Shown here piece by piece: positions 30,557 to 41,390 of a stretch of 64,000 bases of DNA. Numbering within the stretch: the first letter of the stretch is position 1; each line of letters opens with the position of its first letter. Source of the stretch: an uncultured virus (IMG/VR IMGVR_UViG_3300003962_000117) (lineage: Duplodnaviria > Heunggongvirae > Uroviricota > Caudoviricetes); IMG/VR virus record IMGVR_UViG_3300003962_000117; one strand, given 5' to 3'. The notes under the pieces are model-generated. The model was given only the letters and a program-made list of their open reading frames with translations. It did no database searches and was not told where the DNA came from. The position numbers were made by a program, and so were the translations under genes.

Positions 30557-30735
30557 AGAAAAAGGGAAAGATAAAAGTTGAATTTGACGTAGAGATATGG
30601 AAGGACAAATCGTCCAAATCCTACATCGTATATTCCAAGAAGTACGACATCTCCGGATATGGCAGAACCATTGAGCGGGCAAAAAAGACATTTGAATTTA
30701 ATGTAAAAGAATACCTAAAGCACACGAAGCCATGA
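30553..30735 (+). CDS. HicB-like small protein
   Basis: YIVYS...ISGYGRTIERAKKTF. Confidence 0.55.
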   Translation: MKKKGKIKVEFDVEIWKDKSSKSYIVYSKKYDISGYGRTIERAKKTFEFNVKEYLKHTKP

Positions 30736-31091
30736 GCGATTACGCGGAACTTAAAATACAGGGCAAGACCGAGAATGAAATCCTCGAACAAGTGCATGAC
30801 ATCCAAAAGTGGTACGCCAATTATAAGGGCGAAAAAAAAGTCAAGATTGTAAACACCTTTGGCGAGACCACCATCCTTATTGACTTGTCGGAAATAGAGC
30901 TGGCGATAGAGAAGGGTGAGTTCTCGGCCTTTATAAAGAAGTTGCCGACAGACAGTCCGTACATCACACACAAAGAGCTGGTCGGGAAACTTGCTGACGG
31001 AGAGACCAGCCAAAGCATGAGGCGGGAAAGAAGGAAAAATAACAAGGAGGATTCATTCAGCAAAAAATTATTCAAAAAGAAGCGAATTTAG
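30732..31091 (+). CDS. hypothetical protein
   Basis: ATGA overlap. Confidence 0.6.
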   Translation: MSDYAELKIQGKTENEILEQVHDIQKWYANYKGEKKVKIVNTFGETTILIDLSEIELAIEKGEFSAFIKKLPTDSPYITHKELVGKLADGETSQSMRRERRKNNKEDSFSKKLFKKKRI

Positions 31092-31540
31092 ATTTTTTGG
31101 AACAGCTATTAAAAATAGAAATTAATAACTAAAATACAATGGACAGAATAGGGAGTAAAAATTCAACTAATTGCATTTGCCATCCAGAAACTTGTAGCCA
31201 TTCAGAACACATAGGGATGGACTTGGAAATAAAAAAGAAAAAGAGAAAGCGTAAAAAGAAGAAGTAATCATATTGGCTGTTGTGCCAAAAACTTGAAACT
31301 AATGATTGACTTAGCGCAGTATGGATTTACCGAAACCAAAAAGACAACCAGCTATACCGAATACGAACGGCTTAGTGACGGACTTCGCATCACCATCTTT
31401 GACTATCCGGTCAAGACATCTGACAACTCGGAAATCCACAGGCGAGTATTTGTGGTAAACACGAAACAAACAACCTCGATGCCATTTCCTCTTGTGGAGC
31501 TTGAGGGCTGGCTGAAAGAAAAAAACATAATTAAAACACA

Positions 31541-31849
31541 ATGAGGACGGGATTCGCGATTAAGGCATTTTCTAAAATGCTAAAGAAGGACAAGGGGATG
31601 CGAGAAGCAATCCATGCGAACATAGCAATGGCATTTGACGACTGCTATCATCAATACAGGTCGCTCAATAAAGTCACTAAGCCATCGGCAAGAGATATAC
31701 GCATAATCTCAAATAGCGCATCGGAGTATTTTCTTAGACTCATCTCTGATGATAAGAAGAAAAGCAATACGAATGCCGATGGAATGGTTGCTCTGGGCTT
31801 GGATTTGATTGAAATAATAAAAGAACAGGAAAAAATATCATACAAATGA
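31541..31849 (+). CDS. hypothetical protein
   Basis: ANIAMAFDD motif. Confidence 0.6.
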   Translation: MRTGFAIKAFSKMLKKDKGMREAIHANIAMAFDDCYHQYRSLNKVTKPSARDIRIISNSASEYFLRLISDDKKKSNTNADGMVALGLDLIEIIKEQEKISYK

Positions 31850-32154
31850 AAAAATATCGAATAAAAGTTCTTGAAGGTGCGGACGGAAGCAAAACATATA
31901 TCCCGCAATACAGGCAGGGGATATGGAATATGATAGCAAGAGTTATTTTATTCCCCATCACATTCCCATTCGCCATCCCAAGCATACTCGCATACGATAA
32001 TAATTACTTCTGGGACAGATTCCAGAGGACTGGCGAAGGATGGGTTGTGCGAAAAACGGAGGAAGAGGCGATGAGAATTATAAACGAGGAGAAAGCTCTG
32101 GAACTAAAAAGAAAAATGTCTGCGCCAATAAAATTAATTCACATCAAAGCATGA
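31846..32154 (+). CDS. hypothetical protein
   Basis: KYRIK...YIPQY. Confidence 0.6.
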   Translation: MKKYRIKVLEGADGSKTYIPQYRQGIWNMIARVILFPITFPFAIPSILAYDNNYFWDRFQRTGEGWVVRKTEEEAMRIINEEKALELKRKMSAPIKLIHIKA

Positions 32155-32390
32155 AGCATATCAAGTGCATATTGGGATTTCATAAATTCTCGGAAGGCAG
32201 AGTCACTGGAAAAGACGAGCACAGGCTTCCGAGCATTATCCCATTTGACCGGAATCACGAGGATGTGATAACCATGACATTCTACGAAAGCTCGTGCATG
32301 AGAAGCAACTGCAATAAAAAAGTAAAATACTTTGTGGGAACAAGTGAGCTTAAAAGAATCCAAGATGCCAAAATAACATTGGAAAAATAA
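32151..32390 (+). CDS. hypothetical protein
   Basis: CILGFHK...C..C. Confidence 0.55.
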   Translation: MKHIKCILGFHKFSEGRVTGKDEHRLPSIIPFDRNHEDVITMTFYESSCMRSNCNKKVKYFVGTSELKRIQDAKITLEK

Positions 32391-32576
32391 TGTGTAAAAA
32401 TTGTACCGGAGATAATAATGACTTTTACAAGATTCTTGGCATTGAGCCAGTTGAAGGTGAGCAGATATTCATATCGGCAAGCCCAGAGGCTATTAAGGCG
32501 GATGCGGAGCAGCTAAGAAGTGCTATAAAGATTGCCAGAAACTACTCAATGATGAAAAAACTTCTTGCCGAAAACA

Positions 32577-32861
32577 ATGAATAAAACGAAAATCAAAAAG
32601 ATACTAAGCGCTTACGACAAGAAGCTCAAAGAAGCTGGCTACGCTTGCGAAAAAGCCAATTATGACAAATACGTCAATTACGATGATGACGACTTCAACG
32701 AGAGCTTATCGCATTTCCGTTGGATGATTTCTCAAATGGATGAGTTTATTAGAGAGGGGAAAATGGATAAAGTTTTTAGGTGGCTTGGATTTATTCAAGG
32801 TTGTCTATGGGCTGGCAGAATCTATACCATCTCTGAAATGAAAACGCACAATCGAAAATGA
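32577..32861 (+). CDS. hypothetical phage protein
   Basis: KVFRWLGFIQGCL motif. Confidence 0.65.
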   Translation: MNKTKIKKILSAYDKKLKEAGYACEKANYDKYVNYDDDDFNESLSHFRWMISQMDEFIREGKMDKVFRWLGFIQGCLWAGRIYTISEMKTHNRK

Positions 32862-33451
32862 ATAAGACCACAGAAAAAATATTGTTGGCTCCAATCAATG
32901 CGCTGGTCTGGATAAGCCATAATCCGTCTGAAACTATTTTGGGGTCAATATTCGCATTCTCCGTATGTCCCCTTATTGGGATTCACATAGGCAGCACTGG
33001 ATTTCTCGGTGGGCTACTTGGATTTCTTGCCGTGATGAGTCAGAAATATATTTTCAAATACGAGAAAACGACCACTACATTCAATATACTCAGCATAATT
33101 CTATTGCTAATTGGCATCGTATCATTCTTTATTGTTGGGGATAAAAAGACGCTGGAGAACTGGTCTAATGTAGAGCTTTCTATCAATACATATTTTGGCG
33201 CTTTCTTCGGGATGATGGTTTCATTCTTTTTCATATCGTTTATTGATAGCGAAAAGGCTGCAAGGGATGAGCGGAGGAAAGAAAATGAGAGGGTCGCGCT
33301 GGTGATGAGAAAAAATAAAGAGATTGCCAAGAAAGAAAGCGAGGGATTTGTTGCTATTAGGGGCAAGGACTACAACCTTGTCGGGTATGTCGAGAAAGAA
33401 AAATATGACGACTTTGTGAATCAAAATCTAATTAAGGATGAAAGCAAGTGA
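32858..33451 (+). CDS. hypothetical membrane protein
   Basis: about four hydrophobic helices. Confidence 0.7.
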   Translation: MNKTTEKILLAPINALVWISHNPSETILGSIFAFSVCPLIGIHIGSTGFLGGLLGFLAVMSQKYIFKYEKTTTTFNILSIILLLIGIVSFFIVGDKKTLENWSNVELSINTYFGAFFGMMVSFFFISFIDSEKAARDERRKENERVALVMRKNKEIAKKESEGFVAIRGKDYNLVGYVEKEKYDDFVNQNLIKDESK

Positions 33452-33860
33452 AGAGAAAAGACTGAGAGCGAGAATTAAGGAGTTGCGCAGAATTGCCAAG
33501 AAGCATTCTGTCCTCTTCCGTGATGCTGCCGAATACGCCAGCAAGCTGGAAAGACCATTAGTGCTCAAGGAGACTAAGGAAAAATTTGAGGGGAAGTATT
33601 TTCAGAATATAGATGAGAATCAGGAAGAATATGTTTATTGCGAAAAGGTTACGGGTTACGAAAAAATATCTGGCGGAGAAATAACACCTACCGGAATTTT
33701 TACATTCATAAGAAGGGGTAAAAAAGATGATACTAATATCTCAATCAGTAGGTGTGCTATGGATTATGCTGGCGCTTACTGCAAGAATCCGATGCCAAGA
33801 AGTGTATATGCGAGCAGAGTAAACGCGATATTAAAAGACCTGAATTTGTATGGAGAATAA
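33438..33860 (+). CDS. hypothetical protein
   Basis: packed ORF. Confidence 0.6.
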   Translation: MKASEEKRLRARIKELRRIAKKHSVLFRDAAEYASKLERPLVLKETKEKFEGKYFQNIDENQEEYVYCEKVTGYEKISGGEITPTGIFTFIRRGKKDDTNISISRCAMDYAGAYCKNPMPRSVYASRVNAILKDLNLYGE

Positions 33861-35141
33861 ATCAAACGATAAGGCTGAAATCGAGATGAGTGGCAGAGGC
33901 TCCTTTAATGTCGGAGATAAAGTCAATTTCATTAAAGAAGGATATTTAACTATTAGCGAAGAATGGAATGGAAGTGAATTTGTCGAACAGGAACCTAAGA
34001 AGCTGCATATAAAGCCAGTCAAAGGAACTTACATCTGGGCGCGACTCGACCACCTGATGACCCGATATGTGATTCAGCACCCTAACGGACTATCTAAAGA
34101 GCATTTCATAAAAGACTATCTCGAAGGTAGGTTTGCTGATGGATTTGAATCCGTTCGCTCCAGTGAGCTCAAAGACGGTCTCAAATATATCTGGGCTTAC
34201 GCAGATGATTTGGAGCTTGTAAAAGCTAAGGCGGACAAGGGGATTAAAAAGGCGGTTCCAGAAAATAAATCGGATAAAAAAGATGTTGGAATAAATATCA
34301 GCCAGTCTTTACTGAAAGAGATTTGGAGTTACGCTAAAAAAGAATTATGCGGTCTCCAGTTCGAGGCACAGTACATTAAAAAGATTCCATTCCCGTCCAG
34401 CCCCGTTCAAAAACTCGGCTTATGGTTTGAATATATGTGTACCGGAGCGCTCCCCAGAGATGGAAAAGTTCCTGAGCCGGATAGGAAAAAGGACAGGGTT
34501 GAGATTACTAAAATCAAAGGCAAGAAACTGAAAAATGGTGGGCGGGCAAAAGATAAGGTCATCAAAAAGACCATTCAGGGTGAGCTTACTGCCCCGTATG
34601 AGCGAATGAAAGTTCAGGCCGACAGATTCAAAAAGACAATCAAGAAGTACGGAATAAAAATACTTGAAACTCAGACCGAATTAAAATTCGGGAATAAAAA
34701 AGGCGTATTGGATGCCCTAATTGAATTTAACGGAAGGAAGGCAATTCTCGACATCAAGAGAGCAGTGGCTTAATTGGAAATCGCTGGGATGAGCTCGGAT
34801 GGGAGACTGAATCTCTTCCGGAAAAAGACAAAATTACCATCCAGCCATTATTTTATAAATGGCTCTGGCGCAAACTTTACAACGAGGATATTCCGTTTTA
34901 CTTCTTGGTTTTTTCTAACACCAATGAATACGAGTGTTTGTTCTTGGAAATAATTGTAGATGAAGATGCTATCCAGAGATTCGATGGCCAGCTAAAAAAT
35001 GCTGAACTAATTCTTCAAAAAGAAATTACCAAAGGATTCAAGGCATATCCGTCCGTAGCAGCTTGCTATGATTGTCCGATAAAAGATAACTGCGCTCACT
35101 ACACTGACACCCCGTTGTTGCAAAAAATATATGTATCATAA
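33850..35141 (+). CDS. PD-(D/E)XK (Cas4/RecB-like) nuclease, frameshifted at ~34759
   Basis: GVLD...ILDIK then continues in another frame (SSGLIGNRW...CYDCPIKDNC); extra AG in AAGAGAGC. Confidence 0.7.
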
Positions 35142-35153
35142 ATTCAAATAAAA

Positions 35154-35399
35154 ATGAAAGTAGAATTAAACGATTTAAGATTGGGTATATCGGCCATTAT
35201 GGAGGAGTGCCAAGTTGGAATTATGGATAAGAAAAATCCGAATGTATGGAAACATAAAAAGGAAATCCATAATGATTTTCTACACGCAGTCGTAACTTGC
35301 TGGGCTGGTAAAAAACAAACAATACGGCAAGGCGAATATGAATATGAAATTTCCGTCAAGAAAACTAAAATAAATAGACAGAATGAAAGCAGGAGATAA
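35154..35399 (+). CDS. hypothetical protein
   Basis: packed ORF. Confidence 0.55.
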   Translation: MKVELNDLRLGISAIMEECQVGIMDKKNPNVWKHKKEIHNDFLHAVVTCWAGKKQTIRQGEYEYEISVKKTKINRQNESRR

Positions 35400-35985
35400 A
35401 GTCACTATCGCATTGGAAACCCCAGACGGTCTGGAAGAAAAGAAGTCCAAAATAACTTCAATCGAAGAAGAAAAAATATTCGTAGAAGGATTTGGCTTGT
35501 TCCGCGAGTCGAGCGGAGAGCATCTGGATAACTCTCCGGAAAGAAGGATGTTTATAAAAGAAATAAAAGGCGTAATGGGTAACTCCAAAGAAGCCATTGT
35601 GAATACCGCCCTTTCTCTGGCCACCAGCAAGGAAAGAGCCATAGAGATGCTGGCTCAAATGACCAAATCGCTCATTAGCGGTGACGGCAATATAAAACCA
35701 TTTCTTCTCGCATCCAAAGACGGAGATATACTCTGCCAAGAATGTGAAGTGGATGATGATGGGGTCATAAAACTTCCGGAAATCAAAGTTAATTCCAAGC
35801 GAGACATTGAAGCCAAATCAAAGTTTGTCAGAAAAATTCTCAAAGAAATAAATCCGGTCTTGAAGGCTGAAATCGAAAACGTCACATACGTTGCCTTGAT
35901 GCGCAAGGACGCGAAAAAGCTGGAGGGGATGATGAGAGCTTTGAGGGAGAAAAAGAAAAAAGACAAAAATAAAAGTCGAGAATAG
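35383..35985 (+). CDS. hypothetical protein
   Basis: 200-aa ORF. Confidence 0.7.
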   Translation: MKAGDKVTIALETPDGLEEKKSKITSIEEEKIFVEGFGLFRESSGEHLDNSPERRMFIKEIKGVMGNSKEAIVNTALSLATSKERAIEMLAQMTKSLISGDGNIKPFLLASKDGDILCQECEVDDDGVIKLPEIKVNSKRDIEAKSKFVRKILKEINPVLKAEIENVTYVALMRKDAKKLEGMMRALREKKKKDKNKSRE

Positions 35986-36045
35986 AGCCGGATGTATCTG
36001 GCTCATTATTGATGAATTTGAAGTTGTACTCTAAAAAAAATACCA

Positions 36046-36306
36046 ATGAAAAAACAAGACGCTTTATTAAAGGAAGAGAAAAAGCAATCCAGAAAAAAAG
36101 AATCCAAACTTGTGATTGCTCAAGTTCCAAGTGGCTCGATTTGCATACCCCCGAAGAAGATTAGAAAAATATTCAATCTTGTTTTTAAGGCTGGCATGAA
36201 ATGTCAGGAAATGCACCCCGATGACGATACCTATGATGATGTTCATTTTAATAATGCTCTCGACAAAGTATTCAAATCATTTCCAAAAGAAGCAAGACCG
36301 TATTAA
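36046..36306 (+). CDS. hypothetical protein
   Basis: ORF with A-rich leader. Confidence 0.55.
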   Translation: MKKQDALLKEEKKQSRKKESKLVIAQVPSGSICIPPKKIRKIFNLVFKAGMKCQEMHPDDDTYDDVHFNNALDKVFKSFPKEARPY

Positions 36307-36326
36307 AAATAAAAAAATACAATCAA

Positions 36327-36734
36327 ATGGGGAGCGTACAATCTTACATCGAATGTCCTGTATGCAAATCGGAAGATTGCTGGACTGATTTTGACTACAA
36401 ATTTGTGGTGAAGCTGAGAAAGTCCACTCCGAATACATTCAAGAAAAAGACCTTCATCATTGAGGCAATTCGTTACACCGGAGATAATGGAGCGGAGTTG
36501 AACAAATGGTCTGATGGAAAGGTAGTCGAAAGTCCAGTATTAGAGCCTACTAATTATAATCCCACAGGAGCGTATGTCCAGATACATCCGTCAATAAAAG
36601 GGGCTGATGCTAAAATGTTTATGCCAACAACCGCTATTGTAGGAGATTGGATATGCAAGGGAAGCGAGGGTAATTTTTATTCATGCAAGAATGATGTATT
36701 TGAAGCGCAGTATGAAAAAATCGAAGAAGAATAA
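36327..36734 (+). CDS. hypothetical phage protein
   Basis: KKK..IEAIRYTGDN...GDWICKG.EG.FYSCK..VF motif. Confidence 0.65.
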   Translation: MGSVQSYIECPVCKSEDCWTDFDYKFVVKLRKSTPNTFKKKTFIIEAIRYTGDNGAELNKWSDGKVVESPVLEPTNYNPTGAYVQIHPSIKGADAKMFMPTTAIVGDWICKGSEGNFYSCKNDVFEAQYEKIEEE

Positions 36735-37101
36735 ATTCAATCCAGTCCAAATCGGACTCAAGAGGCAAGTGATGGGCTACAAAAGCGTAGTGTACAACTT
36801 GATTAGAGATGGTGAGTTGATTGGATGGCTTTCATATCACGACTTTTTAAATCCCCCAGAATGGCTCGTTTACAAAAAACTATATGACGATGATGTGACA
36901 GGAGCTCAGGGAGGATTGGTTTATCAGGGGGCAATACCCAGTAATTCATTCGGCAAACAATTAATTAAGAATTTATTCCATACGACCTAATCCATGAAAC
37001 ATGACTTATTAACAATCTTGATGCTCTATAAACAGTCAAAGTTTTTAACAATCCGCTTTTTATTGAAATGAAATATTAATATTGTTCTCTGATTCAAAAG
37101 T

Positions 37102-37217
37102 TCCGATGGCAATCAAAATCGAAAACACTTATTTAGCAGACTATTAACACTGCGGGCGGTGGCGCACTGCTCCTCCTTTTCGATTGCCATCGGACAGGAC
37201 GCGGTGTCGCCACTTGC
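37102..37217 (+). promoter_or_regulatory. structured leader (hairpin whose loop is complementary to an upstream segment) before recT
   Basis: TCCGATGGCAATC 37102-37114 vs GATTGCCATCGGA 37182-37194; enclosing stem 37156-37174/37196-37217. Confidence 0.55.
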
Positions 37218-37261
37218 TTCGCATTTTATTTATTTTTATTTGATAATCGCGACAAAAGAAA

Positions 37262-38239
37262 ATGCAACAAGTGGAAGAAAGAAATAATAAGAGATGGCGT
37301 CCGGAAGAAATCTCATTCTTACAAAAGAATATTGATAAGCCGATTCCAGAGCTCGCATCAAGCCTAAACAGGTCTGAGGGTTCCGTCACGACTATGGTCT
37401 GGAAGATAAAGGAAGGGAAGTACCCAATATCAAATACCATATCATCAATCAAGTCCGAATGGGATTCCGGTAAAGCCAAGCCAGTAAAAGAACTACTAAG
37501 AACTGATGATAAGCCCCAGTGGAAAATCCAATTCGATAAAGCTCTAATAACGCTCGTTAAAAATCACGGAATGAGCGAGGAGCAGGCAAGGAGAGAGCTC
37601 GGTTACGCCTTATCCTCCTTTAGTGAAAAACCGGAGTTAAAAAATCTTCCTGTCGAATCAATATACAATACCCTGCTTGACATCGGCAGAACCAAAGTAT
37701 CGCTCAATCCGGCTCAGAAGCTCGCCTTTATTGTAGAGAGGGATGGAAAATGTGTGTTTGAAATCTCCTATCGCGGTCTCTGCAAAATTCTTATTGATAG
37801 TGGAAGTGTGAAAATTATTGACGCTTTCATCGTGTACGAAGGCGAAGAGTTCGATTATAATCCTGCCGAGAATATATTAACCCATAAGCCCAAGTTCGGG
37901 TTCAGCGAAGAAGAGAATAATAAGCGAAAAATAATTGGAGCTTACTCAAGAGCGATACTTGCTGACGGAATGAAGCACTTCCACTTCATTGAGCTCTATA
38001 AGTTGGAGAAGATTGAGCGAATGAGTAATGCCAGCTTTTATGGAGAGTGGCGGATGGATATGTACAAAAAGACCGCCATCAGAAGTCACTACAAATTCTT
38101 ACCCAAAAAAGATTTATCGGAGCATATTCACAATGCAATCCTTCTGGACGAGCAAAGCATGGCCATGAATTTCGACAAGAGTAAGAAAAAGGGTAAAAGC
38201 ATGATGGATTTTTTCAGCAACAATGATGAAATAATTTAG
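37262..38239 (+). CDS. recT: RecT-family ssDNA-annealing recombinase with N-terminal Myb/HTH-like domain
   Basis: SLNP...AFIV, ISYRGL, VYEGEEF, IGAY, MYKKTAIR...KFLP; N-term RWRPEE...LNRSEGSV. Confidence 0.8.
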   Translation: MQQVEERNNKRWRPEEISFLQKNIDKPIPELASSLNRSEGSVTTMVWKIKEGKYPISNTISSIKSEWDSGKAKPVKELLRTDDKPQWKIQFDKALITLVKNHGMSEEQARRELGYALSSFSEKPELKNLPVESIYNTLLDIGRTKVSLNPAQKLAFIVERDGKCVFEISYRGLCKILIDSGSVKIIDAFIVYEGEEFDYNPAENILTHKPKFGFSEEENNKRKIIGAYSRAILADGMKHFHFIELYKLEKIERMSNASFYGEWRMDMYKKTAIRSHYKFLPKKDLSEHIHNAILLDEQSMAMNFDKSKKKGKSMMDFFSNNDEII

Positions 38240-38240
38240 A

Positions 38241-38741
38241 ATGAACGCAGAGCAAATAATAAAATATTGCGAAGGCCGATTGACTGAGGAGGGACTGAAA
38301 GACCTTCCGTCTCAGGAGAGAATAAAGACCCTCCAAGAGATTATTGGATTTGCCAGAAACGCAGCTCACACCTCTGATGATGAAATAGAATCGTTCAAGA
38401 AAATTTGGCAAAAGCACCACAAAGACCACAAGCACACTCTGTATGTATTCGGAAAAAAGGACAATGACGAGATTAACGGAATCTTATCTCAAATCAAAGA
38501 GGAAATGATGCTCAATCAGCAAGTATATGGAAGCATGACTACCAGTCAATTCTTAGACTTGCTCCTAAAAAACTGCGATACATTCTGGAAAGACCGGACG
38601 TTCCAGACTTGGACATTCAATGAGAAGTTCAGGAAGATACTCTCTCCGGTATTAAATGGTGCTAATAATCGTAGCGGGCAAAAAAAGAAACCTTCGTATC
38701 AGGACGTAATGGCCAGAAATCCATTTGGAATAAATGAATGA
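38241..38741 (+). CDS. hypothetical protein (replication block)
   Basis: packed ORF. Confidence 0.65.
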   Translation: MNAEQIIKYCEGRLTEEGLKDLPSQERIKTLQEIIGFARNAAHTSDDEIESFKKIWQKHHKDHKHTLYVFGKKDNDEINGILSQIKEEMMLNQQVYGSMTTSQFLDLLLKNCDTFWKDRTFQTWTFNEKFRKILSPVLNGANNRSGQKKKPSYQDVMARNPFGINE

Positions 38742-39117
38742 CTTTTTCTACATAATCGGAATTGCTTTCATCCCGCTCCTGTTCATTCTGGCTTTTAGGA
38801 GAAAGGATAAGGTGCTTCAAGAGCAGGATGATTTAAGATATTGCATGGGCAATCCATTTGAGACGATGAACTTTGTAAGGAATAATCTTGCCAAGATAAT
38901 AGTGAGCCTCTTATTTTATTCTTGGGTCGTAATTGGAGTTATTGCCTCCAATCAGCGATTAGCATTTAGCTCTCTTATTGGATATGGCTTAATCATGTCA
39001 TACATGACTTATTTCATTGACGACAGAAATAAAAGATATTGGGCTGAAACGATTGGATATTTAGTAGGTATCCTTATTGTTTGCTCTATAATTTATGTTC
39101 ATTATCACCAAGCATGA
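38734..39117 (+). CDS. hypothetical membrane protein
   Basis: four hydrophobic segments. Confidence 0.65.
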   Translation: MNDFFYIIGIAFIPLLFILAFRRKDKVLQEQDDLRYCMGNPFETMNFVRNNLAKIIVSLLFYSWVVIGVIASNQRLAFSSLIGYGLIMSYMTYFIDDRNKRYWAETIGYLVGILIVCSIIYVHYHQA

Positions 39118-39908
39118 GCGGTAATAATAAATTAGTATCGGCACAGCAAGCAGCAATGCTGGTCGGGCAAAAAGCCCAGACGATTGTCCCTATGCTCATA
39201 CAGGCAACCAGAGAGGTTGACCCGCAGAAGCAGTTTGGCAAGATGATTACGATATTCCGGAAAGTTGATGTTAAAATGAGTGAGCTCGAAATCCATGCTA
39301 AGGTTGAATCCGAAAATGTTGTGAAGCGGGAATTAGTGGAATGCGAGATGACTATCCCAAAATCACAATACGATGCGATGATAAAAGCCGGATACTCGGA
39401 GGACTACATGAAGAGAAGTTTCTGCATGAAGGTTGTGAGCAATACGGAAAAAAGCCGACTTATCAATCACCTTATAAAGCATATCGGTATCGAGGAAACT
39501 GCTGCGATTGTCCGGCTATTAATTGTAAACCTAAACGAATCATTCAATGTCAAAAACCCATTAAAGCTCGAACAGATATACGAGTGCGCGGAACTTATCA
39601 TTGAGAAGTATGGAGACAGACTATACATTGATGAGCTTATATACATTTTCAAGCGGGCAAAAATGGAGGCTCGAACCTATGACCATCTGAGCGGCAATAT
39701 GATTTACTCTTACATAGATGGTTTTTTTGAAGGGCTGGAAAGACGAAAGAATGAGAACCACATAGAAAATAAGACCAAAGATTTTAATGTTCCAGATATT
39801 CAAAACTCTCTATTCCCTCATGTGCAAGATAAAATGATGGAGGACTATAAAAAGAATTTTATAAATATAACTGACTCGGAAAAGGAGAGTAAGGCCAAGA
39901 AAAAATGA
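39114..39908 (+). CDS. hypothetical protein, possible helicase loader
   Basis: directly upstream of dnaB; FNV...QI.ECAELIIE.Y..L...EL..IF pattern. Confidence 0.55.
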   Translation: MSGNNKLVSAQQAAMLVGQKAQTIVPMLIQATREVDPQKQFGKMITIFRKVDVKMSELEIHAKVESENVVKRELVECEMTIPKSQYDAMIKAGYSEDYMKRSFCMKVVSNTEKSRLINHLIKHIGIEETAAIVRLLIVNLNESFNVKNPLKLEQIYECAELIIEKYGDRLYIDELIYIFKRAKMEARTYDHLSGNMIYSYIDGFFEGLERRKNENHIENKTKDFNVPDIQNSLFPHVQDKMMEDYKKNFINITDSEKESKAKKK

Positions 39909-41386
39909 GTACCGCTAAAGGCAGTAAGAAAAAATCCGGAGTAACTCCGCAGCAACTATTGGAGCTCGGAAAAATTCCTCCTCAAGCTATCGAGCTCGAA
40001 GAAGCCGTTCTTGGAGCAATGATGCTTGACAGGGATGCGCTTGCAAATGTCATTGACCTTGTTAAGCCCGATATGTTCTACAAGGAGGCTCATCAGCATA
40101 TATTTCAAGCCATTCATGATTTATTTCACGATTCGAGTCCAGTAGATATTTTGACTGTTACACAGCAGTTAAAGAAAAATGGCGAACTCCAAAATGCCGG
40201 AGGCGCTCACTATGTCACTACCCTGACAAACAGAATTACCTCATCCTCCAATATTGAAGTTCATGCAAGGCTGGTTATTGAGCAGTTCTTAAAAAGAGAG
40301 GTGATAAGGGTTGCGCAAAATATTCTCCAAGAAGGATTTGAAGATACATCGGATGTCTTTTCCTTGTTAGAGAGCGCGGAGCAACAGTTATTCGATGTCA
40401 GTCAGAACAATATCAAGAAAAACTATAAGTCAATCAAAGACTTATTAGGGGAGGCCATAAAGCAGATTGAAGGGGCGAGAGACCAGCAGTTTCAAGGAGT
40501 GCCGAGTGGGTACTCTCGAATGGATGCTATTACCGGAGGATGGCAGAATGCTGACTTTATTTTACTTGCGGCTCGGCCTGCAATGGGAAAAACGGCATTC
40601 GCCATAAGCGTTGCCAGAAATGCTGCGGTGGATTTCGGAAAACCCATTGCAATATTCTCTCTTGAAATGACTGCCGTTCAATTAACGAGCAGGCTTATTT
40701 CAATGGAAGCTGAGTTCTCGTCAGAAAAGCTAAGAAAGGGAGACTTGACATCAGAGGATTTTATCAACATGAATCATAAAATCAGCAAGCTGGCAGAAGC
40801 CCCGATTTTTATTGACGACACTCCAGCCTTATCGGTTTTCGATTTCAGAGCAAAGGCAAGGCGATTAAAGTCCCAGCATGGAGTTGGGCTTATTGTTATT
40901 GACTACCTCCAGCTAATGACAATGGGTGCTGGCAAGAAAGGAAACAGAGAGCAGGAGGTGAGTATGATTTCCCAGAACTTAAAAGCGATTGCCAAAGAAC
41001 TCAATATCCCAATCATCGCTCTTTCACAGCTCAGTCGTGCCGTTGAGACGCGGGACAGGGGCTCTAAAAAGCCTCAGCTATCCGACCTTAGAGAATCCGG
41101 CTCTCTGGAGCAGGATGCTGACCTTGTTATGTTCTTGTACAGGCCGGAGTATTATGGCATCACGGTTGACGATGACGGAAATTCGACTGAGGGGATAGCA
41201 GAAGTGATAATTGCCAAGCACCGGAACGGGCGAGTGGGAACCGAACAACTGATGTTTATACCACACTTTACAAAATTCATTCAACCGTCAGAATCGCTTT
41301 TCTATGAAAAGAAAAATGAGGAAGCTCCATTTAGCTCAACCTCAGCTACAACAGAACCACATAGGAGTATCGAAGAAGATTTTTGA
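39905..41386 (+). CDS. dnaB: replicative DNA helicase
   Basis: PPQAIELEEAVLG, AARPAMGKT, FSLEM, IDYLQL, LSQLSR, SDLRESGSLEQDAD, AKHRNG. Confidence 0.97.
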   Translation: MSTAKGSKKKSGVTPQQLLELGKIPPQAIELEEAVLGAMMLDRDALANVIDLVKPDMFYKEAHQHIFQAIHDLFHDSSPVDILTVTQQLKKNGELQNAGGAHYVTTLTNRITSSSNIEVHARLVIEQFLKREVIRVAQNILQEGFEDTSDVFSLLESAEQQLFDVSQNNIKKNYKSIKDLLGEAIKQIEGARDQQFQGVPSGYSRMDAITGGWQNADFILLAARPAMGKTAFAISVARNAAVDFGKPIAIFSLEMTAVQLTSRLISMEAEFSSEKLRKGDLTSEDFINMNHKISKLAEAPIFIDDTPALSVFDFRAKARRLKSQHGVGLIVIDYLQLMTMGAGKKGNREQEVSMISQNLKAIAKELNIPIIALSQLSRAVETRDRGSKKPQLSDLRESGSLEQDADLVMFLYRPEYYGITVDDDGNSTEGIAEVIIAKHRNGRVGTEQLMFIPHFTKFIQPSESLFYEKKNEEAPFSSTSATTEPHRSIEEDF

Positions 41387-41390
41387 TAGC

